Origin: Gemmatimonadota bacterium | GTDB taxonomy: Bacteria; Gemmatimonadota; Gemmatimonadetes; Gemmatimonadales; GWC2-71-9 | Direction of reading: 5' to 3' | Assembly: GCA_039588295.1 (NCBI GenBank) | Contig: JBDHAB010000011.1 | Span: 13,676 to 77,675 of the forward strand | Length of the DNA: 64,000 nt | In this document: in pieces, positions 1 to 9,079 of the stretch | Numbering within the stretch: the first letter of the stretch is position 1 | Layout: each line of letters opens with the position of its first letter | Notes under the pieces: generated by a model | What the model saw: only the letters and a program-made list of their open reading frames with translations | Told to the model about the DNA's origin: nothing | Database searches by the model: none | Program-made: the position numbers and the translations under genes

Positions 1-1527
1 GTCGCGTCCGAAGTCGTAGGGGTCGGCCATCCCTTCGAGCGAATCACCGATCCGAAGCGCCTCCTCCCGGTCCCCGCGCCGCGCCGCCACAACACCGAGA
101 TACCCTTGAACGTTCACGTCACCCGGTGCCGCCGACGCCACCTCCTGGAACAGCGTATGCGCCTCGTCCCACCGTTCTGCCAGGTACAGGTTGGCAGCCA
201 GGCCGGCCTTGTAGCCCGTGGTCGCCCCCTCCTCCGGCGGACGGGAGCGGTACCAGCGCAGCGCCCGCTCCGCCACGCTAAGCGACGCGTCGCGGAAGCC
301 GTGCGCACGAAGCTCCGCCGCGACCTCTCCCATGACGCCCACTGCCGCCACGCCACCCTCCGGTGGCAAGAGCAGGCTCTCATCGAGACCTCGGTCGACC
401 TCGTCAAGCCTCCCGAGCGCCGCCAGCGCGCGCAGTTCGCTGCCGAGCATCAGCAACCGATCGGGATAGGCCTCGCGGGCGCGTCGCGCCTCGACCAGCT
501 CCCGCGCATAGTCTCCCACCATGTGAAGCGCGTGCAGGAAGTCGCGCCACTTGAAGTAGAACTCCGGGAGAGGCTCCATACCCGAGAGGATCTCGATGGT
601 CTCGTGCGGGCGGTTCGACCTCAGTGCCTCGACTGCCACGTCCAAACGCTCACCCCGGGCACGCGCGGCCTGGAGTGCTCCGACCCGGTCTCCACGGAGT
701 CCCGCGATGAGCCAGTCGAGAAAGGCACGCTGTTGAGGGCTGAATCGCGACCGGAAGGGAACCAGGAGCTGCGCGTTTGAATCGGCGGCGCGGCGCTCGC
801 CCAGGTTCGCGTGGGCCAGGATAATGAAGAATCGGGGATCGGCAAACGCGGAGTCCAGCTCGACTGCCCGATACATGAACTGGAGTGCCTCGCGCATCCG
901 TAGCGGAACACCATGATAGAAGGCGCGATGCCCCTCGAGGTACGCGCGGTACGCCTCTAACGACGGCGGTTGGCTAGAGGCGGTCGATGGCAAGAGACGG
1001 CGATCCAGCTCTGCTGCGACCGTTGCTACCACGCGACGGCGCAGTGAGTCCAAGACCGCGCCCGACGCGGCGGTGGGTGCCGAGATAGGCGCTACCGCAC
1101 GCAACAACCGCTCTTCGGTCGCATCGATGACCTGGGCCTGGAACTCGAGCGAGTCACCCCGCCGATAGTAGGCCCCAGCGACGACCGTTCCGGCTCGCGT
1201 TGCTACCCCTACTGATCGTGCGGTACCCGGTTCCGACGCTCCCGCAAGGCTCGGGACGTCCGGGCCGGGTTCGATTGACGTGGCCGTGGGCACGACATCG
1301 ATCACGTCGATCTCTTGCAGTCCCTGCGCGATCCAGTCGGCTGCCATGTTCCCCAACAGGGCCAAGGCCGTGTCGCCCGTTCGGTTCTCGAGCGGCACGA
1401 CCACCACCCGGTTCCGGTCGAGGGCGGGTATCCAGTTCGTCCGATCTTGACTCAATCCGATGATGATGGCCGCGGTGACAAGGAGCGATGTCGGTACGGC
1501 AATGAGCACTGCGATCCTTCGGCGCAC
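1..1527 (-). CDS. C-terminal part (TM helix, TolB-like domain, TPR-like helices) of the BTAD-kinase gene, in a different frame; runs off the left edge
   Basis: Manual translation from GTG at 1527 gives VRRRIAVLIAVPTSLLVTAAIIIG (TM), then RVVVVPLENRTGDTALALLGNMAADWIAQGL (TolB-like) and SLEAYRAYLEG. No stop seen before position 1, which is why the ORF track omits it. Confidence 0.8.
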   Translation of the reverse strand, partial: MRRRIAVLIAVPTSLLVTAAIIIGLSQDRTNWIPALDRNRVVVVPLENRTGDTALALLGNMAADWIAQGLQEIDVIDVVPTATSIEPGPDVPSLAGASEPGTARSVGVATRAGTVVAGAYYRRGDSLEFQAQVIDATEERLLRAVAPISAPTAASGAVLDSLRRRVVATVAAELDRRLLPSTASSQPPSLEAYRAYLEGHRAFYHGVPLRMREALQFMYRAVELDSAFADPRFFIILAHANLGERRAADSNAQLLVPFRSRFSPQQRAFLDWLIAGLRGDRVGALQAARARGERLDVAVEALRSNRPHETIEILSGMEPLPEFYFKWRDFLHALHMVGDYARELVEARRAREAYPDRLLMLGSELRALAALGRLDEVDRGLDESLLLPPEGGVAAVGVMGEVAAELRAHGFRDASLSVAERALRWYRSRPPEEGATTGYKAGLAANLYLAERWDEAHTLFQEVASAAPGDVNVQGYLGVVAARRGDREEALRIGDSLEGMADPYDFGRD

Positions 1528-3170
1528 CCGGAGGCGATGTCACGCGCCAGCGCCTCGACGAAGGCGGAGGCGGTGCGGAACCGATCCGCTGGCGTCTTTG
1601 CCAGGGCCTGCGCGATGGCTGCCGACACGTTCTTTGGCACGGAGGGCCGAACGTCGGTGATGGGACGCGGCGCCGTGATCAGGTGCTGTCTCGCGATGCT
1701 CTCGGCGGTCGGTCCCGTGAACGGCGGCTCTCCGCCGAGCATCTCGTACAGCACACACCCGAGACTGTACACATCGCTCCGGCCGTCCACCTCACTTGCA
1801 CCGGCGGTCTGCTCTGGGCTCATGTAGGGCGGCGTGCCAACCGCCATCCCGGATTTGGTTAGGCGAGATTCTCTGGCGACCGAAAAGGCACGGGCTACGC
1901 CGAAGTCCGCCACCAGTGCATGGCCACCCGACAACAGGATGTTCTCGGGCTTGATGTCCCGATGGACGACGCCCTGGCTATGCGCGTGGCCCAGGGCATC
2001 GGCCACCTCGCGGGCAATGCCGAGTGCCTCGCCGAGCGGGAGCTGCCCCTCGCGTTCCAGTCGGTCCCGCAACGACTCACCTTCGATGTACGGCATGACG
2101 TAGTAGAGCTGGCCGTCGGCGGAGCCGGAGTCGTACACCGGCACGATGTGGGGGTGGGTCAGATTGGCCGCGATCTTGATCTCGCGCAGAAAGCGCTCCA
2201 ACCCCAAGTATGCCGCCAAGTCGGGATGCATCACCTTCACCGCCACGTCCCGCTCATGTCGGAGATCGCGCGCCAGGTAGACGGTGGCCATGCCGCCCGC
2301 CCCGATCTCTCTCTCAATGCGGTAGCGGTCAGCCAGCGTGTTCACGGCGCTCGGCTCATGAGCAGTCCGGTGAGACGAAGGGAGCAGCGAGTCGTCCGGT
2401 GACTCAGCGATCTCCGGCGGTGACGCCTGCGCTTCCGCTCGAACAACGTCGTTGCGCGCCCGGACGTCCTCGATCAGCGCTCGGGTCTCCGGTGCCGGCT
2501 CCAGCTCCAACTCGTCCGCCAGCCGCCTGGCGAAGGTCTCGTACTCGCGCACGGCCCCCGAACGATCGCCGAGGCGATCCAGGAGTTTGATGACGCGTCG
2601 CAGCAACCGCTCGTCCAGGGGGGCGAGATCCCTCGCGCGCCGGCTCCAGGTACCGGCAGCCCGAGTCATCCTCCGCGCCGCCTCCTGGTCCGCCAACTCC
2701 CACGCCGCGGTGGACGCCAGCTGCCTGAGCTGCTTGCGCCGCTCGTCGATCCAGCGCTCGAACTCCGGGGCTTCCGGCACGTAGAAGCCTTCCAGCAGGT
2801 CACCCCGGTAGAGATCTAGCGCCGCCTCCCGGTCGCCTCCGCTGAGAGCTTCCTCGAACGCTCGGACGTCGGACCAGAACTCGGTTTCCGACACCGCGAC
2901 CTCATCGTCCCCCCGCGTCACCACCACCCCTTCGCCCAGAAACAGGCGCAGCCGGTAGAGCGACTGCCGCACGGCGCTGCGCGCCCGACCCTGGTCCAAC
3001 TCCGCCCAGAACACGCCGATCAAGGAGTCCCGACGGTGGAAGCCGCGGCTCGCCCCGACGGTGAGGAACGCCAGGAGGCCCAGCAGCTTGGATCGGGCCA
3101 GGACGGCCCGCGTGTCAGCACCCTCGGGACCCACGAGCTCGGCCGGACCGAGCGCTCGGAACTCGATCAT
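1452..3170 (-). CDS. BTAD (SARP-like) domain fused to a Ser/Thr protein kinase; frameshifted near 1530
   Basis: N-terminus MIEFRALG, FWAELD, LYRGDLLEGF, PLDE, ELEPAPET (BTAD). Kinase motifs GAGGMATV, VAVK, HRDIKPEN, DFG, GTPPYMSPE. Start taken at ATG 3170. Confidence 0.88.
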   Translation of the reverse strand: MIEFRALGPAELVGPEGADTRAVLARSKLLGLLAFLTVGASRGFHRRDSLIGVFWAELDQGRARSAVRQSLYRLRLFLGEGVVVTRGDDEVAVSETEFWSDVRAFEEALSGGDREAALDLYRGDLLEGFYVPEAPEFERWIDERRKQLRQLASTAAWELADQEAARRMTRAAGTWSRRARDLAPLDERLLRRVIKLLDRLGDRSGAVREYETFARRLADELELEPAPETRALIEDVRARNDVVRAEAQASPPEIAESPDDSLLPSSHRTAHEPSAVNTLADRYRIEREIGAGGMATVYLARDLRHERDVAVKVMHPDLAAYLGLERFLREIKIAANLTHPHIVPVYDSGSADGQLYYVMPYIEGESLRDRLEREGQLPLGEALGIAREVADALGHAHSQGVVHRDIKPENILLSGGHALVADFGVARAFSVARESRLTKSGMAVGTPPYMSPEQTAGASEVDGRSDVYSLGCVLYEMLGGEPPFTGPTAESIARQHLITAPRPITDVRPSVPKNVSAAIAQALAKTPADRFRTASAFVEALARDIASGCAEGSQCSLPYRHRSLSPRPSSSD

Positions 3171-3628
3171 CTCTGGCAGGAGGTAGTGCTCATTCGACGG
3201 ACCCTCCCGGGAGACGGAGGGGAGACGGTATGGAGACGCAGTACGCCTAGCTTGTCGCAAAGGTAGACCGGCCGCGAACGGCGGGCAAACTGGCGCCCCG
3301 CCTCGGACGCAGATCCTGGAATCGAAGAACCGCTCGATTGTCCGGCCGGACGTGATCGAAAGACTTCAAGGAGGACACGATGCAGCGGATACGCACCATC
3401 CAGGCGGCCTCGAGACGGATGTTCCGGTTGGCCCTGACGCATCTCTCCGATGCGCAAGGTCACGGCGCCACACCGGTGGATCTCAGAGACCTCTACCCCG
3501 ACATCAGAGCCGGCATGGCCTTTCTCCGCAGCTGTTGCAGAAGGATTCGACATCAGCGTCGCGGATCTCGAAGCACGGCCCTTCGGCCGCATGACCGTTT
3601 ACCTCAACTGAACACCATGGAGGCTACC

Positions 3629-4480
3629 ATGAGACGGATTGCCACGGGCGTAACTGCCCTCGCGATGGCCTGGTCGATGGCGTGCGGCGACGTCAACATC
3701 AGTGGACCAAAGTGGCCCGATTGGCCCAATTGGCCACCCCCGGACGACACCACCGGCCAGGTCCGAGTCCCGTTCGAATGGCGCGGACACGTCACACCGG
3801 GCAAGCAGATCGAGATCAAAGGGTTGGCAGGAGACATTCGTGCCGTCGCGGCGTCGGGCAGCGACGTAGTGGTCACCGCAACCAAGATCGGTCAACCGAA
3901 CGACGTCGCCGCAGTGGACATCGAGGTCGTATCACACGCCTTTGGTGTCACGATCTGCGCTGTCTATCCCGATGTCGCAGGACAACTTCCCAACACGTGC
4001 GAGCCCGGCGACGGCGGTAACATGTCGACGCGGGACAGCGCTGGAGGCGGGGTCAAGGTCGCGTTCACGGTGCAGGTGCCGGACGGGGTGGCCTTTGTCG
4101 CCAGGAGCATGATGGGTGATCTCGAGGCGACCGCCATCCGGAGCAACGCCTTTCTGAACAGCGTCTTCGGCGACGTGCGCGTTTCCACCACGCAACTGGC
4201 AACCGCCAAGTCGTTATGGGGATCGATCAACGCCTCCGTCGGTCTGCCCGACTGGGACCGCGATCTCGAGTTCTCGACGATGACCGGTGACATTGCGGTA
4301 ACCATTCCCGCCGCGACCAACGCGCAGGTTCGGGCAACCGTCCAGTCGGGGCGCATCACGTCGGACTTTCCGCTCACCCAGGTCTTCCCGGGAGGCATGC
4401 AAGGCACGATTGGAAGCGGCGGGCCGACCTTGAGGCTGGCGACCACGAACGGTACCATCACCCTGCGAAAAGGGACCTAG
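3629..4480 (+). CDS. DUF4097-like beta-strand repeat (adhesin-like) lipoprotein
   Basis: GGAGG RBS before ATG 3629; signal peptide ending WSMAC; repeated T/S-x-x-G-x-I motifs and C-terminal GSGGPTLRLATTNGTITLRK. Confidence 0.75.
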   Translation: MRRIATGVTALAMAWSMACGDVNISGPKWPDWPNWPPPDDTTGQVRVPFEWRGHVTPGKQIEIKGLAGDIRAVAASGSDVVVTATKIGQPNDVAAVDIEVVSHAFGVTICAVYPDVAGQLPNTCEPGDGGNMSTRDSAGGGVKVAFTVQVPDGVAFVARSMMGDLEATAIRSNAFLNSVFGDVRVSTTQLATAKSLWGSINASVGLPDWDRDLEFSTMTGDIAVTIPAATNAQVRATVQSGRITSDFPLTQVFPGGMQGTIGSGGPTLRLATTNGTITLRKGT

Positions 4481-4852
4481 CTCAGCTCTGCGAGGAACGC
4501 GGTCCCGCAGCCACGGCCGAACACGGCGCCCCCCGACGCAGCGACCGGGGCGCTGATGCCAGGGCCCCACTTGTCGGGCCCTGGCGGCACGTATTCCGCG
4601 CTTAGAGATGGCACAAAGTGCACGCTGGGCCGGCCGCGGGGGCGACTGGTGGGTCGGGAATCGTCCATACGCAATCGGCAAGCGACGCCCAGCGCGGCCC
4701 CCATCCCGTTCCGATGCCGCATGCCAGATCCGCCAGCGAACGGATCGGGTATTGGCCCGCCGGATTGAGCACTAGCGCTGCGTTGGCTGACCGCCAAGAC
4801 ACCCTCGCCCTCGATACAGCCTGACGGGAATGGTTTCCAAACTGGGTGTGGC

Positions 4853-4870
4853 TGCAACTCCGCTGTTGCA
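4853..4870. promoter_or_regulatory. Inverted repeat TGCAAC-N6-GTTGCA, candidate enhancer-binding-protein site
   Basis: Perfect 6-bp inverted repeat about 85-100 bp upstream of the sigma-54-like element. Confidence 0.35.
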
Positions 4871-4953
4871 CTGACGCAACACTTGAAGACCAAGCAGTCG
4901 GTCGGGAAGACGAGTCAGGGTCGCGCTTTCGGGGCTCGGCGATCCCTAGGTGC

Positions 4954-4969
4954 GGGCACTCAAGTTGCT
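4954..4969 (+). promoter_or_regulatory. Putative sigma-54 (-24/-12) promoter
   Basis: GGGCACTCAAGTTGCT has GG-N10-GC spacing with GGCAC and TTGCT, about 85 bp before ATG 5055. Confidence 0.5.
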
Positions 4970-5054
4970 CAGTCCGCGTTCGTGCACAATCATCTGGCAA
5001 CCGTGAAGGGTCGCGGTGCCGATTCCCTCACACCGAAGCGGCGGACACGAGCTG

Positions 5055-5633
5055 ATGTTCGACACTATTCGCAGGGATGTGCGTCGGGCTTGCTTGATGA
5101 ATCAGGATGGCCAAGTTGGCGTGCAAGACGTCATACGTGAACTGTTTAATCCGGGGACGGAAGCGATCCTTGTCCATCGCTTTGGGTATTGGGCGGACAA
5201 TTTACGCTTTCGGCCACTCCGTTTCGTGTTGCGCTACTTCCATTTTCTGGTGCAGTACCTGTTCTCATGGCGTGTCGGGGTGTTCATCCCCGTGAAGGCA
5301 CGAATCGGTGCGGGCCTCGTGATTCATACCTGGGGTGGTGGGGTTTTCTTGCCGTGCGCCCAGATTGGCCGCGACGTCACAATCGTCGGAGGTGGCATCC
5401 TGATGGACTACAACGTTCGACAGATTGGCGACGAGGTTCAGATTGGAGCGGGCACCAAAGTGATGGGCAAGATCCGCATCGGGAACCGGGTCCGGACGGC
5501 TCCCAATGCCGTGCTGCAGACCGACATCCCGGACGATTGTGTCGTGTTTGGGAATCCAGCTCGCGTTATCGGACCAGTCCCCCGCCTTCGCGACACGGCC
5601 GCGCGGAGTGCGCCGCCTGCAGCCGACACATAA
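5055..5633 (+). CDS. Serine acetyltransferase-like (CysE/WcaB-type) left-handed beta-helix acyltransferase
   Basis: Hexapeptide repeats ARIGAGLVIH and QIGDEVQIGAGTKVMGKIRIGNRV, plus DIPDDCVVFGNPARVI. Confidence 0.85.
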   Translation: MFDTIRRDVRRACLMNQDGQVGVQDVIRELFNPGTEAILVHRFGYWADNLRFRPLRFVLRYFHFLVQYLFSWRVGVFIPVKARIGAGLVIHTWGGGVFLPCAQIGRDVTIVGGGILMDYNVRQIGDEVQIGAGTKVMGKIRIGNRVRTAPNAVLQTDIPDDCVVFGNPARVIGPVPRLRDTAARSAPPAADT

Positions 5634-5658
5634 CCCGAAGAACACCGTCAGAGGCACC

Positions 5659-6813
5659 ATGGACTTCCAGTGGAGTGCCGAGCATCTCGAGCTGCGCGAG
5701 GCCGTGCGGGACTTCGCCGCAAGGACGCTTGCGGCACCGCCCCGCGACCCCGATCTCCCCTACGGATTCCGCCGGGATCTCTGGGCGCGGTGTGCGGAAT
5801 TCGGCATACTGGGTCTCCCAGTGCCACGTGTGTACGGGGGCGGTGAGACGGACGTGATGGGCACCACGTTGGCCATGGAGGCCTTGGGTTACGGCTGCCC
5901 CGATCACGGGCTGCTCTTCTCGATCCACGCGCACATGTGGGCGGTGACCACCCCGCTCCTCGCGTTTGGCACAGAGGACCAAAAGCAGGCCTATCTCCCC
6001 GGACTCTGCGACGGTCATCTGATCGGGGCACACGCCATGAGCGAGCCCGATTCCGGATCGGATGCGTTCAGTCTGCGCACCCGCGGGCAGCTGGACGGTG
6101 ACGACTACGTGTTGAACGGGGTCAAGACATTTGTCACAAACGCGCCCGTCGCCGACGTGTTCGTCGTGTTCGCCAACGTCCGGCCGGAACGGGGCATGTG
6201 GGGCGTAACAGCATTTCTCCTCGAGCGCGGAATGGCCGGTCTCGAGGTCTCCAAGCCCATCCGCAAGATGGGGCTCAAGGGATCCCCGATGGCGGAGGTT
6301 GTGCTCACGGACTGCCGAATGCCGGTGTCGGCCCGCCTCGGAGCGGAAGGACAGGGCGCCACCGTGTTCAATCATTCGATGGGGTGGGAACGGGCATGCA
6401 TTCTGGGAAGCCAAGTGGGTCGGATGGAGCGCCAGCTGGAGATGTGCGTGGAGTATGCGCGGGAGCGCCGGCAGTTCGGGCGGCCCGTCGGAGACTTCCA
6501 GCTTGTTGCCGCCAAGCTGGCCGTAATGCGCATGCGCCTGGAAACGTCCCGCTTGCTTCTGTACCGTGCTGCGTGGGCCCAGCACACGGGCGAGGAGGTG
6601 GGACTGTACTCGGCCATGGCGAAACTGCACATCAGCGAGGCTGCGGTGGCCTCTGGTCTCGACGCACTGCAGGTGCACGGGGGCTACGGCTACATGGAGG
6701 AATTCGCTGTGGAAGAGCAGTTGCGTGATGCTATCGGCGGCAGGCTCTACTCCGGCACGTCGGAGATCCAGCAGCTCGTGATCGCACGGCACCTCGGCTT
6801 CTCACCCCAGTAA
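5659..6813 (+). CDS. Acyl-CoA dehydrogenase family, L-prolyl-PCP dehydrogenase-like (PltE/RedW type)
   Basis: AHAMSEPDSGSDA, LNGVKTFVTNAP, RRQFGRP, QVHGGYGY, YSGTSEIQ; adjacent to an A domain and a carrier protein. Confidence 0.85.
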   Translation: MDFQWSAEHLELREAVRDFAARTLAAPPRDPDLPYGFRRDLWARCAEFGILGLPVPRVYGGGETDVMGTTLAMEALGYGCPDHGLLFSIHAHMWAVTTPLLAFGTEDQKQAYLPGLCDGHLIGAHAMSEPDSGSDAFSLRTRGQLDGDDYVLNGVKTFVTNAPVADVFVVFANVRPERGMWGVTAFLLERGMAGLEVSKPIRKMGLKGSPMAEVVLTDCRMPVSARLGAEGQGATVFNHSMGWERACILGSQVGRMERQLEMCVEYARERRQFGRPVGDFQLVAAKLAVMRMRLETSRLLLYRAAWAQHTGEEVGLYSAMAKLHISEAAVASGLDALQVHGGYGYMEEFAVEEQLRDAIGGRLYSGTSEIQQLVIARHLGFSPQ

Positions 6814-6824
6814 CGGTGGCGGCC

Positions 6825-8441
6825 ATGCGATACTTGCTGTGGCAGCTCGCTGCCGAGAGCACCGAACGCACGCCCGACGCAGTCGCGGTCAGCGATCTCG
6901 GGGAGGTGCTGGCGTACGGCGCGCTCGACCGCGCGGCGGCTTCGCTCGCGGGCTGGCTCGCGATGCACGGCACCGGGCGTGGCGAGCGAGTGGGCTTGCT
7001 CGCGCCTAAGGCGGCCCGCAACGTGGCCGCGATGCACGGGGTGCTACGAGCAGGCGCAGCCTATGTCCCGGTTGATCCGGCGGCGCCGGCGGTGCGGGCC
7101 GGATTGATTCTTGGCAACGCCGGCGTCCGGACCCTCATCACAACGTCGCGGCTGGCGACGGCACTGTGGGACGTGAACCCGGCGGCTCTTCAGACGGTGC
7201 GGGCGGTCCTGCTCGTCGACGACCCACCTGCGCCGCCCGAGCTTCCGGGCACGCCCGAGGTCTGTACCTGGCGCGAGATGCTTACCCTGGCGCCGGTGGA
7301 AGCCGTGAAACAGGCGGTTGAGACCGATCCCGCCTACATCCTCTATACGTCCGGCTCGACTGGCACGCCCAAGGGCGTGGTGATAAGCCATCGGAACGCC
7401 CTCACCTTCGTCGAGTGGGGGATCGCGACCGTCGGCGTGGGGCCGTCGGATCGGTTGTCAGGCCACGCGCCGTTCCACTTCGACTTGTCGACGTTCGACC
7501 TCTATGCGGCCCTCGGGGCAGGAGCTTCCGTACATTTGGTGCCGGACCGCGTTGCGCCGTTCGCCGTCGAACTGGCCCGCTGGATCCACACTCAGCGGAT
7601 CACAGTATGGTACTCCGTACCCTCAGCACTCATCCGGCTGCTGCGGCAGGGACAGCTTGAGCGGTTTGACTACACGGCCCTGCGGACCGTGCTGTTTGCC
7701 GGAGAGGTGTTTCCTGTGAAGTATCTGCGGGACGTGATGGAGCGGTTTCCTAGCGCCGCCTTCTACAACTGGTACGGCCCGACCGAGACCAACGTCTGCA
7801 CGTCATATCGCGTGCCCAGGCCCTTACCATCAGGCAACACCGACCTGCCGATCGGTCGGGCCTGTGCCAATATCGAGGCGTTCGCGCTCACGCACGACGG
7901 GCGGGTCGCGCGTCCTGGTGAAGAGGGGGAGCTGCTCGTTCGGGGGCCATGCGTGATGCTCGGCTACTGGGCGCTGCCCGAGCGCACGGCGGAGTCGCTC
8001 GACCAGCACCCTCTGCACCGCGACTACGCCGACCCGGTGTACCGGACAGGCGACATGGTACGCGTGCGGGACGACGAGGGTGGCTTCACGTTCTTGGGCC
8101 GGCGCGACCACATGGTCAAGACGCGCGGCTACCGTGTGGAGCTCGGTGAGATCGAGCACGTCTTACACGAGTGCCCGGCGGTGCGAGCCGCGGCCGTCGT
8201 CGCGCTGCCGGATCCAGTAATCGGCGCCCGAATCGTCGGTGCGTACGTTCCCGAGCCGGACGTCACGACGTCGCCCTCCGATGTACTTGCCTTTTGCGGG
8301 ACACGACTGCCACGCTACGCGGTGCCCGAACACCTCACACAGCTCGATGAGCTTCCCGCGACGTCCACCGGCAAGGTGGACCGTCCCACCCTTGGCCGAC
8401 TGCTCACCACGGCGGTTAACCTTCAGGAATCCCAGTCATGA
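6825..8441 (+). CDS. Stand-alone amino acid adenylation enzyme, L-proline--carrier protein ligase-like (PltF/RedM type)
   Basis: YILYTSGSTGTPKG, FDLS, YGPTE, YRTGD, GRRDHMVK, TGKVDR. Specificity residues read by eye as DLFYLAWVCK. Confidence 0.85.
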   Translation: MRYLLWQLAAESTERTPDAVAVSDLGEVLAYGALDRAAASLAGWLAMHGTGRGERVGLLAPKAARNVAAMHGVLRAGAAYVPVDPAAPAVRAGLILGNAGVRTLITTSRLATALWDVNPAALQTVRAVLLVDDPPAPPELPGTPEVCTWREMLTLAPVEAVKQAVETDPAYILYTSGSTGTPKGVVISHRNALTFVEWGIATVGVGPSDRLSGHAPFHFDLSTFDLYAALGAGASVHLVPDRVAPFAVELARWIHTQRITVWYSVPSALIRLLRQGQLERFDYTALRTVLFAGEVFPVKYLRDVMERFPSAAFYNWYGPTETNVCTSYRVPRPLPSGNTDLPIGRACANIEAFALTHDGRVARPGEEGELLVRGPCVMLGYWALPERTAESLDQHPLHRDYADPVYRTGDMVRVRDDEGGFTFLGRRDHMVKTRGYRVELGEIEHVLHECPAVRAAAVVALPDPVIGARIVGAYVPEPDVTTSPSDVLAFCGTRLPRYAVPEHLTQLDELPATSTGKVDRPTLGRLLTTAVNLQESQS

Positions 8442-8686
8442 CGCTTTCCGATCAGCTGCTCAGTTTCATTCGCACGAACCTCCTCCGCGACGAGGGCGCA
8501 CAACTGACGCCTGACGACTCACTCCTTGACCGTGGACTGATTGACTCGATTGGCCTCATTCAGATCATGGCGTTTCTCGACACCCAGGCAGGCGTGCAGA
8601 TTCCCGACCACGCTGTAACACCGGACAACTTCGAGACCGTGAGGGCGATCGTGGCGCTCGTCGAGCAGGTCCGCAGCGGCGGGTGA
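8438..8686 (+). CDS. Acyl/peptidyl carrier protein
   Basis: 82 aa, acidic, GLIDSIG phosphopantetheine motif, PDNFETV; ATGA overlap with the A-domain gene. Confidence 0.9.
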   Translation: MTLSDQLLSFIRTNLLRDEGAQLTPDDSLLDRGLIDSIGLIQIMAFLDTQAGVQIPDHAVTPDNFETVRAIVALVEQVRSGG

Positions 8687-8740
8687 CGCCTCCCAACCTC
8701 CGGTTCACCCCCGGAGACACTTGGGGAGACAGGCGAGCCC

Positions 8741-9079
8741 GTGACTGGCAGCTCGCAATGGTACAGGGGGGATCGCCTTGCCGCCCTCGAGGCCGTGCGC
8801 GTGTTGGGCAGCACCTTGAACGTGGGCGCCGAGGCGCGGAGAGCCAACTACATCCATGAAGCGGTCGACGGGCTGAACGGCGTGGAGGAACTCTCCGCGT
8901 GGCACTTCCAGGGACTCAGCTTGATGGAAGCCTACCGCATGCTGGGCGAGTACCAACGTGAGTTACCAGAGGCGGAGGGCGGGTGGGAAGTGTGCCAAGC
9001 AACCCCCTCCACGACTATCCGCCGTTTCAGGTGTTCATCACTCCAAGGGGATCAAGCTCCTACGTGGCGCTCTAGTTGA
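8741..9079 (+). pseudogene. Fragment of a TPR-like region paralogous to the gene at 1-1527
   Basis: RGDRLAALEAVR..LNVGAEARRAN..HEAV..MLGEYQRELPEA aligns without gaps to RGDRVGALQAAR..LDVAVEALRSN..HETI..MVGDYARELVEA encoded at about 485-700 on the minus strand. Confidence 0.6.

Noticed and set aside
4609..4623. TGGCACAAAGTGCAC as a sigma-54 site
   Set aside because: GG-to-GC spacing is not 10 nt.
6825..8686. Reading the cassette as a dltA/dltC D-alanylation system
   Set aside because: No DltB/MBOAT or DltD gene is present, and the adjacent dehydrogenase and pocket residues fit the proline-to-pyrrole triad better.
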